Shown: piece by piece, positions 52,281 to 64,000 of the stretch
Position numbering within the stretch: the stretch's first letter is position 1
How the letters are laid out: every line of letters starts with the position of its first letter
Assembly: GCA_951406725.2 (NCBI GenBank)
Contig: OX597815.1
Span: 145,018,001 to 145,082,000 of the forward strand
DNA from: Octopus vulgaris
Lineage: Eukaryota
DNA: 64,000 nucleotides
Direction: 5' to 3'
Made by a program: the position numbers and the translations under genes
The notes under the pieces: generated by a model
What the model was told of the DNA's origin: nothing
The model's database searches: none
What the model saw: the letters and a program-made list of their open reading frames with translations, nothing else

Positions 52281-52470
52281 ACATTAATCCCTCGACTATC
52301 GCGGGTATTACGTTCCCAAACCCCGCCGCGACAGGCGAAAATTCGCGAAGTAGAAACAGTACTGTACTGTATGTATTTTAAAATTATTTTTGGTAATTTG
52401 TATATATTTATTTTATCATAAATTCAAAAGAACACCACGGAGGAATCGACGTAAGCTTAAACAATAAACT
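52281..52470 (+). mobile_element. Possible pogo/Tigger-like terminal fragment
   Basis: Starts CATTAATCCCTCGACTATCGCGGG after TA, resembling a pogo-type TIR. No partner TIR found. Confidence 0.3.
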
Positions 52471-52472
52471 GT

Positions 52473-53340
52473 GTCAGACGACAAGGGAACCGGCAGAGAA
52501 AATGGAATGCTCCCACACTGCTATAAAGAAGCATCTCCACTCGATGGGAAAGGTTCAGAAGTATGGAGCATGAGTTCCGCATGCTTTAAGTGACAACAAC
52601 AAAAACCAACGAGCTACAATTTCCGCTGGTTTTCTTGCTCGTCACCGCTCAACTCATGGACACAAGCAACGATTTCTTTACCGAATCGTTACTGGCATCG
52701 AAAAATGGTGCCTGTACATCAATATGAAGCAGCGTAAGGAATGGCTTTGCCCCGGTAAACAAGCGACACCGCACGTGAAACAAGACCATCATCCGCGTAA
52801 AACTATGTTGTACGTATAGTGGGACTGGGAAGGGATTAACCATTACGAATTGCTTGAACGGAACCAAACGGTCAACGCGGAGCAGATGGAGCTACTCAAC
52901 ACGGCTATTCAAGAGAAAAGACCTAATCGGCAGCATGGAGTTCTTTTGCCGCACGACAACGCCCGCCTTCACATCGCAAATATGACCAAAGCAGCCACTC
53001 TAACGCATGGCTGGAAAGTGCTGCCACACCCGCCGTACTCTCCTGATTTGGAACCAACGGATTTCCACCTCTTTCGATCTTTTTCAAATGCTATGCGTGG
53101 AGTTTCGTTCAATACTGATGCAGAATTGAGAGCTTGGTTGGATCAATTTTTCGAGTCGAAAACGGGTGATTTCTACCATCGAGGTATTGAAAGTCTTGTT
53201 GAATGTTGGGAAGAAGTTGTAAACAACAAGAATGAATACATTATTGATTCATTAGTTGTTATTTTTTTTATTAAACCTTTAAAAAAATTTAAATTTAAAA
53301 ACAAACAAAAAAAAAATCGCGGGAACTTAGTTGCCAACTA
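52473..53340 (+). mobile_element. 5'-truncated mariner (DD34D) transposon, inactive
   Basis: *VPHAL, RIVTGIEKW (first catalytic D lost), HDNAR, PHPPYSPDLEPTDFHLF, WEEVVNNKNEYIID. TIR-like end ACTTAGTTGCCAAC. Confidence 0.88.
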
Positions 53341-54254
53341 TGAACGTGTATATGAACTGGGAAACTGGTTTATGCAAAAAATGGATGACGACAACGATGG
53401 AGGTGGACTGGCATAGTCGTTAGAGCATAGGTGAAAGCAATCAGTGGTATTTATTCTGACTCTTTATATCGTGAGTTCAAATCCTTCCGATGTCAGGTCT
53501 GTTCTTGTTTTTTTTTTCTTTCATTCTTCCGCGATCTATAGAATAAAGTGCCAGGCCAGTACACTCATAAAAGGCTGACTTTGCTTTTCGCGGTTGAGGA
53601 AATAGAGAGTTACCAGTCAGACACTGGAATTGATTTAATCGACTTAACTCTCCCTCTTCAAATTATTAACCTTCTACTTAAACGCTAATTTTTTTTTTAG
53701 ATAACATAGGTGCAGTAGTGGTTGCGTGGTAAGAAGCTTGTTTCCCAACCACATAGTTCCGGGTTCAGTCCCACTATATGGCACCGTTAAGAAAACGCTG
53801 GAGATGACGCAGACTCATCGCATGACTGCGCATAGTAATATTATTAATAATAATGATGGTGATGATAATGATAATCATAATGATAGATAGAATAATAGAT
53901 AGACAGACTATGGTTCATTACCAAGTACAGGTTGATAGCAACAATAGCTATGATGACGAGCATATTAATAACAACTGTACTACTACAATGGCTGCTGTTG
54001 TTGAAGATGATGATGATGATGATGATGACAATGGTATTGATAATAATAATAATAGATAATAAAATGAAACAAAAGATATCCACCGCCCGACCGCCCAAAG
54101 AAGAAAAAAAACACAAAGAAACAATAGAAAAGAAAAAAAAAAAAAAAAAAAGAAAGTTGGAAGGAAAGAAGTAAATGAACGGGTTTGAAGGAATTAGAGT
54201 CTGTGGGAGGAGATTTGGTAAATAGCGTGAGAGGAAAGCCTTGGCTGAAAGGAA

Positions 54255-54301
<47 letters not shown>

Positions 54302-54370
54302 TTATGCATCAGACAGGATTAAAAGGTATTGAATCAGAGGACATTATTAGCACACTGTGACGTGTGTGAT

Positions 54371-54422
<52 letters not shown>

Positions 54423-54529
54423 CATATACATATTATATACATATATATACATGCACACAAAACAAAAGACGACGACAGGTGTGTAAACAACAAACAGGTG
54501 TTTTATATATATATATACACACACACACA

Positions 54530-54616
<87 letters not shown>

Positions 54617-55549
54617 GTGCATAAGTGGCTGTGCGGTAAGAAGCTTGCTTCCCAACCACATGGTGCCGGGCTCAGTCCCACTGCGTGACACTTTGGGCAA
54701 AGTTCTCCTTTTGGTGAAACATTGTAAACGGCTTAGTGTCTCTATCTATCTATCTATCTTCTTGTCTGTCTGTCCTGTTTATCTATGCATACATACATAC
54801 ATGCATGCACGCGCGTATGTGTGAAGTATGCAAAGTAAACGGTTAGTGTGGTTAGGGGCATATTTCGTCACTTGCGGTGATGGCGGCGGTAAAACCTAAC
54901 CGACTAAACGACAGGCAACACAAACAATAACAGCGAGGACAATAGACGAGTGAAAAGTAGGGGTGGTGGTGGCTCGAGGAAATACCTACCCCCTATCAAT
55001 CCTCCTTAGCTCCCATATCCCCATGTTCCCATGCCTCCGCCACCTCCATCAGCTCCGCTGCTACCACCAGCACCACAACCGAGTCCCCCGCCGCCGCCAC
55101 CACTACCACCACCACCAGTGCGATCCCCATCATCATCATCACCACCGCCATCACCCTGATTAATTCATAATTACTAATTGGTCGTCTTGCAGTTTTATTA
55201 GACAGATTTACCTAGAAAAGACACCTGAGAAGACGAAACTAATCCAGCATTAGTTTATGAAATGGCAGCCGTGGTAGTGTTTGTGCGTGAGGTCTTCTGG
55301 ATATTCGTAGTCACTTTACAGCTGTTTAAGGCCGAAGGTAAGACAACTGTCCATTTCCTTTCTTTGATACGGCTTACACGAACCCATCCATCCATCCAAC
55401 AATCTACCTGTTCACAAATTAACACCGGCCTAATGAGCTCTCGACCGACCTGCTAGAGCTTCAGTTATCAAAGAAATCATACTCTCAGAAGCCGAACCAT
55501 ATCCCTTTCAGGCCACTCCAGGACTTTACATACACACACACACGCATAT

Positions 55550-55637
<88 letters not shown>

Positions 55638-56004
55638 ACAAACACATACGTCTTTAAGTCTGTTCCCTCATCGCTTGACAGCCGGTGCTGGTTTCTTTAA
55701 AATCCCGGAACTTAGCGGTTCAGCAAAATAAACCGATAGAATAAGTACAAGACTTACACGAAAAGTACCGGAATCAATTCATTTGATTAAATCCTCCAAG
55801 GTGGTGCCCCAGCAGGGCCGCAGTCCAGTGACTGAAGCAAGTAACTGATATGTTCATTTAAGGCTGTGGCTTTCAACTATTTTTTACCTTTCTATCCCGT
55901 CGATTCCTATTTACCACCACCTAACTACAAGGTTACATGGGGCATAAACAAACCAACGTCGGTTGTCAAGAGATGGTAGGGGGACAAACACAGACACAAA
56001 GACA

Positions 56005-56040
<36 letters not shown>

Positions 56041-56043
<3 letters not shown>

Positions 56044-56250
56044 GTGACCGCGTGTGTATCGTTGGCGATTATTTTCCTCCGTTTTCCCTTCCTTGGATCT
56101 TTCCTATTCCTATGTTTCTGAAGAAGAGCTCCGCTCGAAACGTTAAATCCTCCTTCTTTCTTTCCTTTCCTGAGCGTCCAATAACACTATACTTGTTCCA
56201 CGTCCTCGCGTTGTTGTGTTTTCTCTTTGTATTTTCATGTTTGGATTAAC
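56041..56250 (+). mobile_element. Solo Penelope-like terminal repeat inserted in (TA)n
   Basis: ~210 bp bounded on both sides by (TA)n. Carries a minimal hammerhead motif. Confidence 0.6.
56114..56148 (+). ncRNA. Minimal type I hammerhead ribozyme-like motif
   Basis: GUUU-CUGAAGA-A-GAGC-UCC-GCUC-GAAA-CG-UU-AAAU: intact CUGANGA and GAAA cores, 4-bp stem II, palindromic loop-less stem III (AACGUU), short stem I. Confidence 0.6.
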
Positions 56251-56353
56251 TTAATATATATATATATATATAATAATAAATATCAGGGAATAAATCCAAA
56301 TTCACAGGGAAAAATCAGATTTAGGATTGAATCCAATTTTATAGTAAAATATT

Positions 56354-56504
56354 ATATTATATTATATTAGAGACAAAACCACTATTATGCAAATCAAACA
56401 AAGAAAGACTTAAGCCAATACATAAAATAATTTAAATTATTTTATGTGTTGGCTTAAGTCTTTCTTTGTTTGATTTGCATAATAGTGGTTTTGTCTCTAA
56501 TATA

Positions 56505-56513
<9 letters not shown>
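56354..56513. repeat. Near-perfect spacer-less palindrome, ~80-bp arms
   Basis: Centre ATAATTT|AAATTAT between 56433 and 56434. One mismatch seen. Runs into (TA)n. Confidence 0.95.
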
Positions 56514-56537
<24 letters not shown>

Positions 56538-56694
56538 ATGTATGTATGTATGTATATGTATGTATATGTATGTATGTATGTATATGTATGTATGTTTATG
56601 TATGTATGTATGTATGTATGTATGTATGTATGTATGTATGTATGTATGCATGCATATATATATGTATATGTATATATATATGTGTGTGTGTGTG

Positions 56695-56727
<33 letters not shown>

Positions 56728-56979
56728 GAAAATGTTGAAAATGCACCAAAATTTCAAAAACTCGTAAATGTTTAAAATACATTTATTTACATATATACCA
56801 AACTAGTTTCAACAATATTTTTGTTTATCAATGGTAAAAGTTTAAAATTAGAAAAACATCTTTAAAAGTTTCAATGTTGACAAATTAAAATGTTTCAATG
56901 TTGATAAAAGAACATGTTCAAAACAGGTGTAAGTTTGAATGTTCATAGCAGTCAATAAACTTACACCTTCTATCTATCC

Positions 56980-57079
<100 letters not shown>

Positions 57080-57116
57080 GCCTGCCTGCCTGCCTGTGTG
57101 TCTCTCTGTCTGTTTG

Positions 57117-57184
<68 letters not shown>

Positions 57185-57747
57185 GCTGTCTGACTGTCTA
57201 TCTGTCTGTCTATCTATGTACCTACTTATCTACCTTCCTGTCTGCCTGTCAGTCTATTTGCGCGTCTGTCTGTCCCTGTCTGTCAGTTTGCCTTGAGTAC
57301 TTAGAGAACTCAATAGAGAATTAATAGAGAATTAATGCAATAATTTGCTTAGTTTGAGATTTTCTCTTGGAGAATTTTCATCTTTATCTTTCATCTTTTA
57401 CTTGTTTAAGTCTCTAGACTGCGACCATGCTGGGGCACTGCCTTGAATCTGGTACTTATTCTATGGACTTTCTTCTTCTTCTTCTTCTTCTTCTTCTTCT
57501 TCTTCTTCTTCTTCTTCTTCTTCTTCTTCTTCTTCTTCTTCTTCTTCTTCTTCCAGTCATTTGACTGCGGCCATGCTGGAGCACATCCTTTAGTCGAGCA
57601 AATCGACCCCAGAACTTATTCTTTGTAAGCCTAGTACTTATTCTATCGGTCTCTCTTGCCGAACCGCTGATTGACGGGGACGTAAACACATCAGCATCGG
57701 TTGTCAAGCGATGTTGGGGGGGGGGACAAACACAGACACACAAACAT

Positions 57748-57790
<43 letters not shown>

Positions 57791-57933
57791 CGACGGGCTT
57801 CTTTCAGTTTCCGTCTACCAAATCCACTCACAAGGCTTTGGTCGGCCCGAGGGTATAGTAGAAGACACTTGCCCAAGGTACCACGCAGTGGGACTGAACC
57901 CGGAACCATGTGGTTGGTAAGCAAGCTACTTAC

Positions 57934-57981
<48 letters not shown>

Positions 57982-58334
57982 ATTAAGATTCAGTTGAATT
58001 AGGTACTTAAGTTGAAGCACCAAGTCAGTCCGGTATTATCCGCACAGCTTGAAGTAAGGGGAATAAAATCAAAATAAGCAACAGTAGTGATGCAGTACGA
58101 CCGTTTCAAGCAGCTCCGTCTAATTGAACAATGCAGTTATCACATTAATTTAAATACAATGCTATCTTCAGCTGTACAAATATATAAATGGATTTTTAAC
58201 AATTTTAGCATTAATTTAATTTTTCTAAAATATTTTAACAGAGTAAGAAGATGGAAGAAATTCCACGTTGTCACTATTGTAGCTAAGAATAGATTACAAC
58301 TTCTAAGAATTGCATGGAGCATAGGGAGATCATA

Positions 58335-59100
58335 TGAGACTCTCCTGTATAATTTCCTGACTCATCTGTATAATTTTGAGACACACCTGTATAATTTAGT
58401 ACAACACCTATAAAATTTCGGAATACATATGCATCATTTGCAGCACACCTGTACAAATTAGTGACTCACCTGTATAATTTCATGACTCGCATAAATTCAT
58501 GACTCAACCTCACACCTGTGTAATTCAGTCACACACCTCTGTAATTTCGTTACACACCTGTATAATTTAGCGGCACACCTTTTATCTTTTACTTGTTTCA
58601 CTCGTTAGACTGTGGCCATGCTGGAACACCGCCAGTACTTACATTTTTGTAAAGCTTGGTATTTATTCTATCGGTGACTTTTACCGAAAAGTTAAGTTAC
58701 GGGGACGTAAACACACCGACACCGGTTGTCCAGCGTAGGTGGAGGACAAATACAGACAGAAAGACACACATATATCCATGTATGTATACGACGGGCTTCT
58801 TTCAGTTTCCGTCTACCAAATCCACTCACAAGGCTCTGCTCGGCCCAACGCTGTAGCAGAAGGCACTTGTCTAAGGTGCCACGATGTAGGACTGAACTTG
58901 GAACCATGTGGTTAGGAAGCACCACTTCTTACAACACAGCCACGCCTGCACACCTGCACGCCAGTACATCTGTACGTCTGCACACCTGTATAATTTCCTG
59001 ACACATCTCTATGTCTCCATAACTCGCCTGCATAATTTTATGACTTACCTGTATGATATCCTGTATAATCTTGTAACTGACCTGTATAAGTTCGTGACAC
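58335..59100. repeat. Degenerate ~21-bp minisatellite (CACACCTGTATAATTTCGTGA) split by a SINE A copy
   Basis: Repeated CCTGTATAATTT at 58335-58580 and 58980-59100. Confidence 0.75.
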
Positions 59101-59993
59101 AGTAAAGCGTTTGCACAGATTAGAAAACTTAGTGCTCGTGAGCAAAGATTACAAAGACAAAATTGTGGTCCCTTGTGATAAAATTAATGCGAACCCTAAT
59201 TATATAATATGATCCTTAACGAATGTTGGGAACTACCAAATCTTACAAAAGGTCTATAGGAAGATACTTGGGGACATTCCCGACTCATATAGACTTATAA
59301 GGTCGGTTTTCCTGGATCATATGTATACCTCATCCCATTGGACAGGACGTCGGAGGATTATTGTTTTTGTCAGCGGAATGGATTGGAATAACATGAAATA
59401 AATGCTTTGATCAAGAGCGCAACACATCGGCCGGTTCAGGAATCGAAACTACAATCTTTAGGTCATGAATACAATACCCCAACCAGTGAGCTATGCGCCT
59501 CCTCGATAGCTAGGTTATTATAATTAATGTAGTAAAACATAATATTTTAACTAATCAACTCACGAATTTAATTAGTTTATTTACAATTGCTAAATTTTCT
59601 TTCCATTTATTCCTTGAGGTCCCAGCTTATTCTGCGACTTACTTAATGACACAGTTCACATGGTGTCAGTAACCAGGTCGCAGTTGCGGGTTTAACAGTT
59701 TTTGCGAGTTTTTAAATGACTAACAAGACAGACTTGGTCGTCACTCGCAAGCGAGGAGGACCTAGAGCATTGTATCATGCTTTCGTTAATTGTTTCATGT
59801 GCCTATATAGCCACATTTCTTAAATGAATGTGCAAGAGTGACTGTGTGGGAAGTAGCTCGCTTACCAACCACCTGGTTCCGGGTTCAGTCCTACTGCACT
59901 TTGGCACCATGGGCAAGTGTCTTCTACTATAGCCTCGGGCCGACCAAAGCCTTGTGAATGGATTTCGTAGACGGAAACTGAAAGAAGCCCGTC

Positions 59994-60098
<105 letters not shown>

Positions 60099-60286
60099 TG
60101 TGTGTCTGTGTTTGTCCCTCCACCATCACTTGACAATAGAATAAGTACAAGCTTTATAAAGAATAAGTCCTGGGGTCGATTTGTTCGACTAAAAGTGGTG
60201 CTCCAGCATGGCCGCAGTCAAATGAATGAAACAAGTTATAGAATATGGACAAATAAATTTATTTATATACATAAATATATATACAC

Positions 60287-60337
<51 letters not shown>

Positions 60338-60353
60338 TACATATATATGTATG

Positions 60354-60423
<70 letters not shown>

Positions 60424-61156
60424 CATCTATCTATCTGTGTCTGTCTGTCTGCCTGTCACTCTATCTATATATCTATCTATGTCTGTCTGTCTATGTTTTC
60501 TCTATCTGTCTATGTGTGTGTATCTTCGAGTCTGTGTTTGTCTCCCACCACCGCTTGCCAACCGGTGTTGGGGTGTTTACATCCCTGTAACTTAGCGGTT
60601 CGGCGAAAGGGACCGTCAGAATAAGTAACAGGCTTTAGCAAATAAGTACTGGCGTCGTTTTGTTCGACTAAAATCCTTCATGGCGTTGCCCCAGCATGGC
60701 CGCTGTGTAATGACTGAAACAAGTATAAAATAAAAAAGTAAAGGCATACATATGTATATGTGTATATACATTCTTTTATTCTTTTACTTGTTTCAGTCAT
60801 TTGACTACGCCCATGCTGGAGCACCGCCTTTAGTCGAACAAATCGACCTCAAGACTTATTCTTTGTAAGAAGCCAAGTAATTATTATATCGGTCACTCTT
60901 GCCGAATCGCTATGTTATGGGGACGTAAACACGCCAGCATCGGTTGTCAAGTGATGGTGGGGGGGGGGCGGGCCAAACTCAGGCACACACACACACACAC
61001 ACGACAGGCTTCTTTCAGTTTCCGTCCACCAAATCCACTTACAAGGCTTTGGTCGTCCCTAAGCTACAGTAGAAGACACGGTGCGACGCTGTGGGACTGA
61101 ACCTAGAACCATGTGATTAGGAAGCAAGCTTCTTACCACACTGCCACGCCTGCACC

Positions 61157-61207
<51 letters not shown>

Positions 61208-61639
61208 CTTTTTACTCAGGGACTAGTAGACCCGACACCGTTCGGTAATCGGTTCGCATTCAAAGCCAGTGAACAGTAATTTTACGAAACCGGTATGCCT
61301 TTGAATGACTTTTATTACTTTTATTCCTATCTCAATTCATCTAATTGTATATATTTATCGTTACTTTTCATAAAATGCCTTTACTTTTTTTGATTTCCTA
61401 TGTGCATTTTCGTTTTTTTCTTTTTACTTTCCCCTTACATTTCCACGTGTAGATTCTATTTTCTTTTTGTAACATATTTCTATTATATATATATATACAT
61501 ATATATATATATTTATATGTATGTAGGTATGTATGTATATCTATATGTATGTAGGTATGTATATTTATATGTATGTATGTATATTTACATGTATGTATGT
61601 ATGTATGTATGTATGTATGTATGTATGTGTGTATATTAG

Positions 61640-61835
61640 TCATCAGGCAGGTGCCCTCCCTCTGAGCATGACTTGCAAAGAGTCTTCAATTCCCTCTGTA
61701 TTGCACTGCGAGCATACAATCAGCCGAGCCCTAGTTTTTCTGTTCATTCTTTGATAACATCCGTTCACGAACGTCTTCGACGACCGCTTGTTTCCTCCCC
61801 CTCCACGTATCTGGTCAGGATGGTCTTAAAGAAGT
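61640..61835 (-). mobile_element. Probable RTE-type 3' fragment
   Basis: Minus strand GRRRRS*TDVIKE*T-like C-terminal motif ending next to a microsatellite. Confidence 0.35.
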
Positions 61836-64000
61836 TAAACGGAATTACTCAGGAGATTAAAGATTACAAACACAATGAGTTCTCTCGTTGCTAGGTCAGG
61901 TGACAATGTAGGACACGAATCGACGTGGTAGTTGTCGAGTGAGTAACGTTTGCTACAGTTGCAAAAATGTTTGCTCATGTACACGAAAGATGGGATTAAG
62001 GTTGTAGTTTTTGATTGGCGACAAGGACAGTGAATACTTGACATTACGAACAGGAAATGCCCCCCCCCCCCAATAAATAAAACCAAGTGAAATTACTTTT
62101 TCGAAATTCAACGATCGTTATCGCAAAAGAGTATGAAATGGCTGCTCCCTTGAGGGAACAAGGAGGGATTGTTTTAAGAGGATTATTATGCTTGGTTAAA
62201 CGTCCATAGAAAGGGTTGAATGACGTAAGTTTGCATTATTCAAAACATTTAGGTGACATCTGGTGATATTAATCTTTTAATGAAGCTTGTTTTATATCTT
62301 GTTTTACTATAGGAGTAATTTTCCTTTCTTTCTCTGTGAACAGTCACCGAATAAAAAAAGAAAGAAAAAATATTTGAGTCTTTATGTATCGTTTATCTAA
62401 AATATTATGTATAGCATCCACTTGAGGATTTCTTTCGTGTTTTGGGTTTCAAAAGTGAGTTGGCAGTTTTGAATTAAAGTTATTAACAAATCTTAAGAGA
62501 CGACTGATAGCAGAATTGGTGCTGCCAATAGTCTCTCCACAACACAATTGCTGCGGTCCTTCATGGTTTGTTCGTCAATAGGATGTGGTTCGTTCAATGT
62601 TGACTTCATTTTGTTTGTGCTAGAGTCAATCCGGAACATGAAATAATCAAAAACGAAAATCTTCATTGCTTATTCTTGCCATGCAAGAGTTTTCCTTCTT
62701 CGCAACTGCAAATTCTTCCATCACGCATTATTAAAAATGCTGAAGGCGGCGAGCTGGCAGAATCGTTAGCACGCCGGGCTAAATGCATAGCAGTATTTTG
62801 TCTGTCTTTACGTTCTGAGTTCAAATTCCGCCGAGGTCGACCTTGCCTTTCATCCTTTCTGGGTCAATAAATTAAGTACCAATTTGCGTACTGGGGTCGA
62901 TCTAATCGATTGCCCCCCACCCCGCAAAATTTCGGGCCTTGTACCTAGAATAGAAAAGATTATTAAAAATGCTGTATACCAATGTGTGAAATGCACCAAA
63001 GTCATTAAAACTGTTCAATGTTAAGTGTAGTTTCGATTCTGCCACAAAACAACTTTCTTTCATTCAATTTTTACGATTTCCTTTTAATGAAATATCAAAA
63101 TTAGTTTTATTTATTTAAAATTTGAATCACAATATAATTCCAAGGAAACAAAGAAAGAGAAAAACGGGGTAGATTAAGACGCAGAAGATGTGGGGAGGGA
63201 ATAAATCCCAAAACAAATGGCATGTTCAGCTGCACCCTGAGGACATAACCGCAATGGCGTTGCCGCAGAGAATGGCCAGCAACATTCGCTACAGCAGCCA
63301 CCCCACCTTGCGAAGCTCATTTCTCAGACGAGGTGCAGAGATTTTGTGTCCCTCGTCGTCTTGTTACGTAACTCTTCACCAGCCATTCCATATAAATGAC
63401 TGTTTTGTCAATGGAGAAGTTTTTCCATTATTTTGTAGCATTTTAAGCCAATCAAGCGTCTAATTCTTAAAATACCAAAAGCGGCTCAAATTCAGTTTAT
63501 TTAATCACACATAAAACTGCTAAGTGATATTTACTCTTCAAATTCTTTTCCTGACTAGGGTCGGAAACAGTTTTTCTTCCACTGTAAACATGGCATGTAT
63601 TCACTATGCTAAGAGATCAACTCTAAATTTTATGCCCCAGGAAACAGCTCGAGGTATTTATGTCCATGGATCTAGTCTCAGCTCGTTACACAAACCAAAA
63701 AACTCTCATCAAGAAAGACATCCTGCAACACTCGAATTAATCTCAAAAGCTCTAGACTCAGAACTAAATCAATACGGCCTCATGGTTGCTGTACAATTAT
63801 AAAAACTCAAATGCTTCCGTTATTTACCCAAACACGGAATGTCTTGCAAGTTTTGAGTCGAAGTAACCTCAGACATTACAAAGTTTAGAATGACCAGTTT
63901 TTCCTGACCGTTAACCCACATCACTATCTTCAGTTACAGTAATTCCCCACAAGCAATTTCTTTTTATTGTAATGGCCAGGGAATGGTCTTGAGTGCCTAA

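Noticed and set aside
52850-53416. Domesticated transposase or SETMAR-like gene
   Set aside because: 5'-truncated, with upstream in-frame stops, first catalytic Asp lost and no SET-domain exon visible.

Overview
This is eukaryotic, AT-rich genomic DNA saturated with microsatellites and transposons. The repeat families look like those of an octopod cephalopod (Octopus sp.); this is an inference. The only recognisable host gene is the 3' part of POLR3B (RPC2, second-largest subunit of RNA polymerase III) on the + strand. I reconstructed six GT-AG exons by hand (4809-4826, 12873-12978, 14613-14709, 22296-22493, 25522-25611, 26935-27067). They splice in frame to 642 nt, i.e. 213 aa plus stop, and include an 18-nt microexon (GICPDI) that the ORF track misses. 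The rest is a transposon landscape: RTE LINEs with a PHD-like finger and structured tandem 3'-UTR arrays, R4/Dong-type and CR1-group LINE fragments, three tRNA-derived SINE families (some as TSD-flanked multimers or chimeras), a full-length but decayed Chapaev3-type transposon, mariner relics and MITEs, Penelope-like terminal repeats carrying minimal hammerhead-ribozyme motifs, and long almost loop-less palindromes. Repeat copies inside the gene look CpG-depleted compared with copies downstream, consistent with gene-body methylation. Most ORFs in the supplied track are microsatellite artefacts. All alignments were done by eye, so repeat boundaries are approximate. Family names come from recalled motifs, not database searches.
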